64,000 bases of DNA from the human T2T-CHM13v2.0 reference genome, Homo sapiens: assembly GCF_009914755.1 (NCBI RefSeq), contig NC_060935.1; one strand, written 5' to 3'. The notes under the pieces were generated by a model. That model was not told where the DNA came from. It ran no database searches and saw nothing but the letters and a program-made list of their open reading frames with translations. A program made the translations under genes and the position numbers. Numbering within the stretch: the stretch's first letter is position 1; every line of letters begins with the position of its first letter. Below, one piece after another: positions 51,231 to 64,000 of the stretch.

Positions 51231-52827
51231 ACATTGAATGCTGACTTATTCCTATTGTCATGAGCAATTCGTGATTCGCCTGCATGTTGATACCTCCTGG
51301 AAAGCCTATGTCAGGTCTCTATTTGTAATTTTTGGAAATCAATTCCAACTTTTCACTTTATGAGTGCATTTACAGCGTTTGTAGCATTGACTAGCATTAT
51401 CTGCAGAAAAATATAACAAAATGCTAGTATCTTATGTAAGTACAGACTGGAATAATTTAAGGTATGTGAGGCACCTAGTATGGCGTCTAGCCTCAGGAAA
51501 TGATAGTTGAAGATCAGTAAGGATTTTTCAGGTACATCAGGTACATAATGAAGTAGGCATATTATTTGGTTGAGTAGCTCAGGCATACATAGTTGGTGTA
51601 GGGCAAAACCAGGACTAGAACTCAATTATCCTGATTTTTAATCCCATAAGGGTCCCTTGTCAACAGTGGTAGATCATGAATATCCTGGGTGATTCTGGAG
51701 TCTCTGTTGTAAACAAGAGGAATTTGTTTGAAAATCATTCTTGTAAATTCACAAGCACAGACCTTCAGGTGTGGTAGTGCTCAGGACACAGTCATCTCCT
51801 CATTCTCCTCTGTGTTCCAGATCTGACAAATCATGCCCATTGCTCTCCTTTTTCTTAACATCCAATGCAAAGGAAAGCCAAGAAATCAGTTGGCCCTGGA
51901 CCCCAGGGTTTTTATTGTTAAGTTTGGGAGTCTTAAGGACAGAATCAGGAGTGAGCCTCCCCATGCTTAGTTCATCATATGGCCTCTGTTCTGTCATGTC
52001 TCATCTGAACTGTTGGGCCTGAAGACTAAGAATGGAGCATCAATAATTAAAGGTACAATCATAGCTGAAGCTTCCGTTAGTTATTTTTCTCCAACCCTGA
52101 CATTTTATGAGTCAACAAAGCCAAAGCCATCAATATGAAGCAGACTATTTTTAGCAGTTTCTTAACCAGTGTGCTCTAGCTTTAAATTAAACATCGACTC
52201 TGGTTATTATTAAAATTCTGAAAATTCTGGGCAGAGAGGATCCCATGTTAGTACAGTAAACACTGGGCTTTCATTACCTTGTTTTGAAAAACATCAATTC
52301 ACTTGCTGTTCCCTCCAAATACAACTGCGTAAAACTAATAGATTGTGGATTTTCTAAGGATTAGTTGTTCAAGGTCAGAATCTGAATGTATGGGTTTAGT
52401 TTGCATGGTTGATATTACTCCAGACTTCAACCTTTTTAGATTTGCAATATCTTAGCAGTGACATTATCTTGTTATCATTTGATTCTATAAGTTTGTCCCA
52501 TTCTCTGCTCATCAACAACAAAAATATGGCAATAAATTTTCTTAAAATAAATGACTGCTTTTGCTTTGAGAATTTTGCTACATATCTTGCAATATGAGAG
52601 AACTAGGACAGCCTCACTGGCATGAAACTAGGATTAGAAATCAATTACACTGGCATGATATAGTGGAAAGAACACTGGCCTTGGAGCCAGAAGACCTGGT
52701 TTCTGCCACTTACTAGCTGTGTGTCCTTGGACAAATGATTTAGTATATTTAGCAAATACACAACATTTAGCAAACAAATTAGGATGAAAGATGTCTCATT
52801 TTTTAATTGAAGGAAACTGGGTGAGAG

Positions 52828-53035
52828 CAGTAATGTCCAAACTCAGTTCTCCACACTCATTGAGATGCTTCAGGGGCACCCACAGAGCAGGGAGAGAAGG
52901 CCATGCAACAGGGGTCGATCTATTCACCACCAACCCACTTTAATTATCTACTGTCATTTGTATTACCTCTTGAGCTGTTAAAGGTTTTTCCCAGGAAAGA
53001 AAAGTCTGACTGCTAAAAAAGTTTCAAAACCACTG
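52828..53035. mobile_element. hAT-Charlie-type MITE
   Basis: terminal inverted repeats cagtaatgtccaaact...agtttcaaaaccactg. Confidence 0.55.
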
Positions 53036-53084
53036 GACAATATACTTTTCAATCTTTCTTTTGGTTCTACAATTCTATCCCCAT

Positions 53085-53720
53085 TCAGTGTAGTATGGTA
53101 AGTAGGAGTGTAGGTGCTGGGGTCATATGGCTCAAGTTCAAATCCTGCCTCAAGCCCTTACTGTGTATCTTGAGCAAGTCGCCTTACCTCTCTGTGCTTT
53201 ATCATCTTATCTCAGAAGATAACATCTCTCTGAGATGGAGAATGATATGGTTTGGCTGTGTCCCCACCCAAATCTCATCTTCAGTTGTAGCTCCCATAAT
53301 CCCCATGGTTCATGGGAGGGACCCAGTGGGAGGTAATTGTATCACGGGGGTGGGTCTTTCCTGTTCTGTTCTCATGGTAATGAGTATGTCTCATGAGATC
53401 TGATGGTTTTATAAAAGGCAGTTCCGCTGCACATGCCCTCTTGCCTGCCACCATGTAAGATGTGACTTTGCTCCTCATTCACCTTCAGTGATTATGAGGC
53501 CTCCCCAGCCATGTAGAACTGGGAGTCAATTAAGCCTATTTCCCTTATAAATTACCTAGTCTCAGGTATGTCTTTATTAGCAGCATGAGGACAGACTAAT
53601 ACAGAGAAAATAATGGTTCTTGCTTCATATGGTTTTGTGATAACTAAATGAATTCATATGTATAAAACACTTCACACAGTACCTGGCATGGAGTCACTGC
53701 TGAACTAATATCGGTTATTA
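53085..53720 (+). mobile_element. MIR, split by THE1B
   Basis: ttgagcaagtcgccttacctctctgtgc before the LTR; aataatgg...cacagtacctggcat after it. Confidence 0.7.
53243..53603 (+). mobile_element. THE1B solo LTR
   Basis: tgatatggtttggctgtgtccccacccaaatctcatc...gactaataca; perfect TSD gagaa. Confidence 0.95.
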
Positions 53721-54761
53721 TTTTAAGTTCATTTATTCATCAAATATCTATTGTGCATCTATTACATCAGTTATTGTGTTAAATTTCAGAGATTCAAAGT
53801 GAAAACAACATTGTCCAACCCTCATGAACATCAGGGGCTAATAGGAAATATAAACCATAGAGACAGCCAAGTAACAGTGCTTGTAAAGCCATATGGTAAC
53901 TTGTGCTTAAGTTCTGAGGGAGGTGAAAATACAGGCAGAGGGATGAGCTGTTGCAAAAGAGGCAACAACTCATGAAAGGTCTTTGAGAATCTCTTGGTAG
54001 TTTAGAAGGGCTGGAGGATGGGCCAGAGGATGACAAAAAGGGAAAAAGAAAGAAAAGGACAGACTAGATTTGATCTTCAATAATGAGAGTCCAGCTAATT
54101 TGCAAGCTCTCCCCTATTAAAGATGCTGAGCATGCTTGTAAGGGGGGTGTCCACTACCATCTCGGCTCCTCCTTTACATCGTGCTTGGCTTTCCTATCCA
54201 ACTGTGAGGAATTATAATGTACTTCCTCTTGCCAAGTCAGGGCTTGAAAGTTTATGTTTGCTTATATGTTTCAGTTATTCATATAACTCTGAGATTTCAG
54301 ACATTTTCCAAACAAATCCATGGGAAAAATGAGAGGGTGGAAGAAAAGCAAAAAGACCCATAGTCTTTCCTAATAACATTTAAACCCAAATAAGCCATCT
54401 TTCTGAAAGCCAAGTGAAGCCCTCAAACCAGAATCTCTGCTGTTTTTTGATAGAAAAAAAAAAAAATCAGGCAAAATCCAGGCCTAAAGAAGAGACTATG
54501 CTGGAAAGCTCAGAGAAAAGGAAAAATACATTTAGGGATGAAAAGATCCATGTTGAGAAATGAACCCAAATACAGCAGCACTTTCTTTCCTTTGGACCCT
54601 GCTTGTCTTTCTTCATGGCTAACCGAATTCTTCAGATATCCTGAATGCATGGGGGTCCGTTTCAAACATTTTTTTAGTGTTACCTAGTGATGTGGCATAA
54701 TCATTGATCCTGGCACAAATAGACTGTCAATAATATGCTGCAAAAATAAATGATTAATGAG

Positions 54762-55116
54762 TGTATTAATCTGTTCTCACACTGCTAATAAAGACATACC
54801 TGAGATTGGTTAATTTACAAAAGAAAAAGGTTTAATGGACTCACAGTTCCACATAGCTGGAGAGGCCTCAGAATCATGGCAGAAGGCGAATCAGAAGCAA
54901 AGTTATGTCTTACATGGTGGCAGGCAAGAAAGCTTGTGCAGGGGAACTCCCATTTTTAAAACCATCAGATTCCATGAGACTTATTGACTACCATGAGAAC
55001 AGTATGTGGGAACCACCCCCATGATTCAATTACCTCCATGTGGCCCCGCCCTGGGCACCTGGGGATTATTACAATTCAAGGTGAGATTTGGGTGTGGACA
55101 CAGACAAACCATATCA
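54762..55116 (-). mobile_element. THE1 (B/C-like) solo LTR
   Basis: tgtattaatctgttctcac...gagatttgggtg...aaaccatatca; perfect TSD atgag; inserted in an L2 tail. Confidence 0.95.
55022..55032 (-). promoter_or_regulatory. Candidate DUX4 double-homeodomain site in THE1
   Basis: tgattcaatta = reverse complement TAATTGAATCA, the DUX4 motif carried by THE1 LTRs; binding not shown. Confidence 0.5.
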
Positions 55117-56197
55117 ATGAGTGAGTGAAAGACAGAGGGAAACACAGGTGAATATCTTAAAAGCTATTTGAACCACCATAAAGTTTACAGGTTTTGCAAG
55201 GACAGAGGTTGTGGCTTCTGCTGCCATTGGGGTCACCAGAGAGTTTTATGGACACATGATCAGTGCCTGCTGTGGATATATGGGACTCAGTGAATATTTC
55301 AATGTCTTGGTTTGTCTCCTTTCTAGCTTAATAGTTTCTACAGAAAAACAGCACTAAAGGAAACCCAATAGACTCTATGTGTGCCAGTAAATAACAATGT
55401 AAGTATGAACTTGAGGCTCAGCTAGTGCCCTGACTCTAGGCAGCCTTTAACTTTGTCTATGATGTATGCAATCTGTATGGTCCTTTCAGAAAATTCAAGT
55501 CTTTCCAAAATATCAGGCTGCATCATTAAAACTGCAAAACCTTTTCCAGTCTTTCCTAGCCAAATACCTTTGAACCTTCCCCTTCTCTTTCTTGACTGAG
55601 ATTCTTTTTCTTTATGTCAACTCAAGGGAGCCAGTGCCAGGCACCGCATTCAGGTTTGGCATTGAGCTGGACATTGAGGCTAGTACAAAGGAAGCTGAAG
55701 ACTCCATCTCTGCCCTTCAGGATTTTGTAACCTGGTTTAAGGATAAAGGAGACTGACTTAACAACTGGGGAATAGTTAGCAGGCACTATGATAAAGGGCT
55801 AAATCATGTTTCAGAGTTCAGAGAAAGGACAAATTGTCATGGAATGGAGTGAAATGTTACTCACTTTTTCTTTAGCTTTGTATCTACAAGAAACCTTCTC
55901 CTGTTGACTCCAGTGCTTGCAAATACTAGTGTTTGTTTCATGCACAAATATTCTTAAATCTAATGACGTGGTGCCACAACATAAATTCTCAATCTGCATG
56001 GAAACTGTAATACAAGCTTATGTGTTGAGGCAAAAGGAGCTTAATTTCCATCTGTGCTCCAAAATGGGAAAGAATGACATTCTACACACTTTGAATACTC
56101 TTCTATATGTTCCTTTTCAAAGACAAAAAATGAATTCAGACGCTTTTTCTGTGGTTATATGTGTCTCCTTGGCTTATAAGTCTTCTGAATGCAGGGG

Positions 56198-56875
<678 letters not shown>

Positions 56876-56876
<1 letters not shown>

Positions 56877-57128
56877 TGGAGTGCAGTGGTGCAATCTGGG
56901 CTCACTGCAAGCTCTGCCTCCTGGGTTCACGCCATTCTCCTACCTCAGCCTCCGGAGTAGCTGGGACTATAGGCGCCCACCACCACGCCCGGCTAATTTT
57001 TTGTATTTTTAGTAGAGACAGGATTTCACTGTGTTAGCCAGGATGGTCTCGATCTCCTGACCTCGTGATCCGCCCACCTCGGCCTCCCAAAGTGCTGGGA
57101 TTACAGGCGTGAGCCACCGTGCCTGGCC
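56876..57128 (-). mobile_element. AluY lacking its 3' end and A tail
   Basis: begins abruptly at ctggagtgcagtgg; gcaagctc, ttcacgccattc and gttagccaggatgg diagnostics. Confidence 0.95.
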
Positions 57129-59208
57129 TCCAAATTCTTATACTCAGGGATCTAACAGAGAAGCTCAATAGCATTTTCTGAATTGTTTATATATCCAGAA
57201 AAACTAAGCAACTATCTTTGCAATTGTAAAAGTAACAATTCCTCAAATCTCCCTCCTACCCCTATTTGTCCTTTCCTTTTGCACTGACCTGACTAAAATT
57301 CCCCTTATTTAGAGATTCATCCCTTTATGTAAGCACTGCCTACTTCCCACTGTACTTTGATTAAAGGCAATAGTTCCTGGACTAATGTCTATGAAATAGT
57401 TATCATCCAATTATTAGTTATTTCAGATTCTTCATGATACGGTAAGGTCCCTACAAGAAAAGGACACTCGTTAATACCTAAATGTTGTTCATGGCACATC
57501 TTGCCTTAAAGTTTTTACTGTATTTCTCAACTTTTGTCTGGTCTTTCCTACTTTTTATTCCTTTTGTTATGCTTTTGTATCCCAGATTATAGGAGGAAGA
57601 AGAGAATATTCAGAGTGGTAGAAAAGCAGGGTCTAGAGCTTGACTGCTTGGTTTTATTAATACATCTTAACTCTGCTGTATGATCATGGACAAGCTATTG
57701 AACTTGTCTATTCCTGTCTTACAGGGTTGGTGTGAGGAGTAAATGAGATCTAGCTATGATAGGCCTTACGTTGTCTACCTCTGGCTTTCTACCTTGCCTC
57801 AGATTCAGGGGTCTACCTCAGGGGTCTGCTGGTCTCAAGCAGACCTGCCCCTTGGACCTTTGCCTAGGATAACTGATGTTCTCCTCAACCTGTTTTTTAG
57901 GTAGAGTGTGCCCAAGATCACAAAGGGTAATAGTGCTTGAGGAGTGTTTCAGACATTTAGCGTGTGTGTACATACATGCACACACACTCATACAATAATT
58001 GTCATTATAACATCCAGGTATGACACTTCACTTTTTCTCTAAGAATAAGAAGTCCTTTGTAACTATGCAAATGGCATGGTTTCTAACCTAAATAAATATA
58101 TTAGATATGCTTAAGAAACAGCTACAAAAGAGACATATTGTTCCATTAGTTCTCTTTATTCCTAGATGATACTGGTCATTTCAATTTCTGTACCAAGATC
58201 TAATATCAATCAAAACTGTAGCCAATCTGAGATTCTTTCCATGGCTTGAAATTTGGTAACTCAATCATCTCTTCCCAACTTATTGGTACTTAACAAAAAT
58301 ATTTCTGAGAGTGACTGCTGAATAAGTGACCAGAGATCACTTTGAGTTATGGCCTCTCAGTCTGGAGAAATCATAAAATGATCACAAAAAAAAGACACTG
58401 TTGGGCATTTCAGAGGTCAGGAACTGTAAGTACAGGGACTCTCAAAAATTTCAGTGTCCAAGTTTCTTGGGTGGCTCAAACCCAGGGACTGGGTTAGACC
58501 TTCAACAGTCATAAGAAAAAATAAGAAGAGAGGTGTGTTCAATCAGATTCTGACAGCCTGCCAAACTGAAATCTAACTTTGCTGATGCATGTGGTATTCT
58601 GGGTAGAGCAATTGTCCTTTTAATTAAAAGTAATAACTTTTTCTATTGTTTGTTTAAAGGGCAGGTGGTTGGAATTGCTATTTTTTTTTTTTTTGTCTGT
58701 GGCAAATCCATAATATGTGGGTCTGGATGGGAGGAAATAATCAAATACCAAGATGAAGTCCTGATGCCTTAGGAACAGAGGCCCATGACATAGAAACTCC
58801 TGTAGTGGCTGTGAACGGATACACACAATGACTAAATGGTGGGCTCAGGATTCACATCCAGGGCTGTACTACCTGGAGACTGTCCTCTTACTACTATGCT
58901 GCATTGCCTTCTTCTGATCTTGGTTTCAAGAGTTGAGAGTGACTTCGATCAGCTTCCAATCCAACCACTTCATTTTAAAGTTGGGGAAGACCCTTGACAA
59001 GAAATGCCCATTTACATGAATGAAAATCTCACTTTGTAAAATGCCTATTCTACATCTGTTGAGGTGAACCTTGATTAAGAACAGGCTTGAGGGTGGTCCC
59101 AATGCATTGGCAGGTAGGGTTTTCACAATGAATTTCTCCTGTATTCTGCTCTCTTCAAGTGAGTTTGATCCTGTGCATATGCAATGTGAGCAATATTTTT
59201 CCAATGTC

Positions 59209-59494
59209 TTTTTTTTTTTTTTGAGACAGAATCTCGCTCTGCCACCCAGGCTGGAGTGCAATGGCGAGATCTCGGCTCACTGCAACCCAGGTTCAAGCGA
59301 TTCTCCTGCCTCAGCCTCCCGAAAACTGGGACTATAGGCATTCACCACCAAGCCTAGCTAATTTTTATATTTTTAGTAGAGAGGGGGTTTCACCATGTTG
59401 GCCAGGCTGGTCTTGAACTCCTGACCTCAAATGATTCACTCTCCTTGGCCCCCCAAAGTGTTGGAATTACAGGCGTGAGCCACTGCACCCGGCT
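59209..59494 (-). mobile_element. AluS with ~10 nt internal deletion
   Basis: T tail, gagacagaatctcgctc...tgcaacc/caggttc...gcacccggc. Confidence 0.95.
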
Positions 59495-60489
59495 TTGAAT
59501 GCTTTTAATGTGTTCTTCTCTTTTGATTTTCAGTGTATATGACTTTTTCCTCAGTAAGCCCAAGTGCTATATCTATCACATTTCAGCAGGAATGAAAAGA
59601 AAGATAACATTTAGGTTCTGACACCCCATTAGGATTTTTAAAAGCTGCAACAATTTTATGTTCTTCAAGCCCAAGTTTTTTAAGCGGAACTAATATACTA
59701 AATATCTTTTATTCTCATATTCCCACTATCCTGCCTTTTAATATATTGAGAGCCTTGGCTGGCAGGCTTGATTGTGTAGTTTCAGTAATAGACATCCTAA
59801 ATAGACAGCAAGAGCAGAGTGGTAATACTCATATCAGCTAGAGACATTTGGGGTGGAAACAGTAGATGGGCAGCTATGTGCCCTACTACCTTTAGAATTG
59901 AATATCAGAGAGAGGAAGAATGTTTGGTGATTTAAAGAAAATGCTGAGGGCTGAGAGATTTCTGCTCCCTCTTTCCTGCTTAAGATTCTAGAAGATAATT
60001 TCCTTATAGGTAATCTACCCAATGCGAAACATGGCATCCCAGTATGGTTAAGTGGAAAGAAAGCATGAATGTAGCGCTTTAGAACCACCCTTATCTCCCA
60101 TGAAGAGTTTATCATATGCGCTTGGGACAGGATGCAGAGGTTACTTGAGATTTTATCTGAGGAGTTTGCCAGAAAAGATTCCTGGCATTAAATAAAAGTG
60201 GTTCTGTAGTTGATGACTGCAAGGAGGTTACAATTGGCTTTTGGTGGCGCTTTCAGCATCATCTACAGCCACACCGTCACGGAAGATACCAGATTATGAC
60301 AGACAAAAAGAGAACAGACATGAGTTTTGCCAGCTGCAAACTTCAGCCTGGAATGTCAACAGAACTCTCAGGAGTAAGACCAGTCTCATGTCAGTGGTCA
60401 TTAGTCCAGGGAGCAATCCGTATCACCCACTGTGCAGTAGATATGAGCAAGAACCCTGAGGGTACCATGTGCACTCAAGAACCTGGCTC

Positions 60490-60841
<352 letters not shown>

Positions 60842-60942
60842 CTATCTTCTTGGAGAGGAGTTAAATGAGGCGAGAGAAATTTGAAAGATTAAGAATTTTA
60901 TCCAAATAGAGACTGGTAATTTACTAAAAAAAGGTTTTTAAT

Positions 60943-61153
60943 CAGGGACCAGCAAACCTTTTCTACAAAGAGCTAGAGAGCAAATATTGTAGGCTTTATG
61001 AGCTGTATGGACTGTACTGCAACTATTCAATTCTACCCTTGTAGCATGGAAGAAGCCATAAACAATATGTAAATGAGCAGGTGAATATGGTCTAACAAAA
61101 CTTTATACACACAAACCCATGGTGGGCTTTTAGGTCCTAGTTTGCCACCTTCA
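60943..61153 (-). mobile_element. MER58A hAT MITE
   Basis: cagcaaaccttttctacaaagag...gcaactattcaattctacccttgtagc...tagtttgcc. Confidence 0.75.
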
Positions 61154-61613
61154 GGTTTACATTACTGAATCAGACTAAATTTCCTGGATTCAACTAAAGA
61201 TAATTTTCTCCTACTATCCAAAAGGGTAGCAGCTTTGAAGAAAGAGGAAATAAAAAGTGGAAAAAACTGACATTTTCTTTGCATATTTTTATAAGATATG
61301 AATACAATTTTGGTTATTTGCACATTGAGAAGGGAGAAGAAATCTTAGTGTAAAAAGAAATAATTTTTTTCCCTTTTCTCTGAAGGCTTGTGACCACTGG
61401 GATGTTGAGGGTTGTGAGAAGTGGATACCTGCAAAGTAAGCTCAGGGTACATGATGGAATTGGGGGACGTGAAAAAGAGCAGAACTTATGGGTCTTCTGT
61501 TCTCTTTGCTAGGAGCTCTGGAAATAAAGGAAAGTAGGGTTTGGCGAGGAAAATCACTTCAAATAGTAGTCATAATTATGTTAATGATAATGATAAAATA
61601 ATAATTACCACTA

Positions 61614-62008
61614 TAATATCAGTCAAAACAGGTCAAGTTATGCTGTAGTAACTCTGAAATCTCAATGACTTCAAGTAAAAATGGTTTATTTCTCACTTGC
61701 TGTCCATGTCTGCCAAGAGTCAGCTGGGGGCTCTCCTCCACATTGTCCTTGAACGCCTCCCAGGACTCAGGCATTAGATGGGTCACTATCTGAAGCAGCA
61801 TCAGTTGCAGTGGTGTACAGTATTGGTAAAGTACAAACTGCCTTTAAAGATTCCCGTGGAAGTGACACACCTCACTTGTGCTCACATTTTATTTGCCCAT
61901 AGTAGTCATATGTCTAAGCCTGACCCTTGTGGGGTGTAAAAGTACGATCCTTCCCCAGGGAGGAACAATAATTGTTAGTGAAAGGTAAATCAATATACTT
62001 TGACCACT
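61614..62008 (-). mobile_element. MLT1 (I/J/L-like) LTR
   Basis: gttatgctgtagtaac...tttatttctcac...ggaagtgacacacctcacttgtgctcacattttatttgcc. Confidence 0.7.
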
Positions 62009-62182
62009 ATTTCCAGGTAAGGACATAGTGAGCATTGTGCTAAACATAGCTAACTTTATTCTTACTCAGAAACCGTATAAGATAGACACTATTCTCAACA
62101 TTTTACTGGTGATAAAATTGAGGATTGTGGAAATTAAGTAACTCATTTTACCCAGCTAGCAGATAGTAAAGATTCAGACCCA

Positions 62183-62510
<328 letters not shown>

Positions 62511-62551
62511 TCATATTCATAAATATCCTGTTATACTGTCCTGATAATTTA

Positions 62552-63262
<711 letters not shown>

Positions 63263-64000
63263 TAACTAAGTCTTCTGATAGAGTCTAACCAGCTTGTTGG
63301 GAAACAAGTAAACTGAGAAAAACCTACTCAGATTATTAGGTCATGCCCATGGCTACAGCAGCAGAGCCAGCGTGGCAAAAGCTAAATTACTGAATTCAAA
63401 TAATTGTCATCGTGATGCACATATGTTAAGGGCATGGTTGTATGCACACATTTTTATTTTGAACTCATTCGAATGTTTAAACAGCCACAGAGCAATTTTC
63501 CTTTGCAAGCTGCTGGCACGTAACATGCACTAATTCTTTCTTTCTCTGGCTAGTATAGAGCTGTCATTATTCACTGGGGAGCCTTGCTTAGGAGGCAGTG
63601 GTTCAGTGCCCTTCAGTTCAGTTTATGCTTCACCACCAGACTAAGCAGCCCTGTAGTTTGACATGCGTTAATTACAACTGAACAACTGGTAGGGCCATTC
63701 CCAGTCTTAGTTAAAGCTGGTTGCATTGGCTTCTGGCATAAAGAGCCAGGACTGGACCTGGTGGGAAGCTGGCTGGACATGGCTTTTCCTGGAAAGGTGA
63801 TAACTAGAATTTTTGAAGGAACTGGGAAAAAGTGTAACTCGGTGTGTATGTGTGTATGTGTGTTTTTTTTAACATAGAGATTCGGGTATATTTTTCTTGA
63901 ATGAAGATCTATCACTTTCATGAAATTCTCAAATAGGTTTGCCACCTCCAAAATACTCACCAACAAACTTTTCAGGCTGGAAACTCATCAAGTAGCTGGT

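Noticed and set aside
53243-55116. Two THE1 LTRs as one provirus
   Set aside because: Opposite orientations, different TSDs, and the spacer is MIR/L2-like rather than THE1-int

Overview
Primate (probably human or ape) non-coding DNA, intronic or intergenic: AT-rich, CpG-poor, with no CpG island and no credible protein-coding exon. The listed ORFs are chance frames or are derived from Alu, LTR or ERV sequence. Much of the window is transposon-derived: 12 Alus (J, S and Y types), many MIR, L2, L1M and L3 fragments, MaLR LTRs (THE1, MST, MLT1) and hAT MITEs (MER5, MER20, MER53, MER58A, MER63, MER102). The most notable structure is a ~6 kb minus-strand provirus relic (9736-15890). It has old MLT1-type LTR remnants at both ends and still carries recognisable ERV-L protease, RT N-terminus, RNase H, integrase and dUTPase sequence, while the RT catalytic core is missing; an MLT1H LTR and four Alus are nested inside it. 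Other signals are a ~200 bp inverted templated insertion (18895-19090, copied from 21379-21578), a 22 bp templated insertion in a MER58A end, a tailless AluY in a close inverted Alu pair, two convergent THE1 LTRs (one with an intact DUX4 motif) and several perfect short hairpins. Repeat subfamily names come from recalled consensus sequences, and the boundaries of old repeats are approximate.
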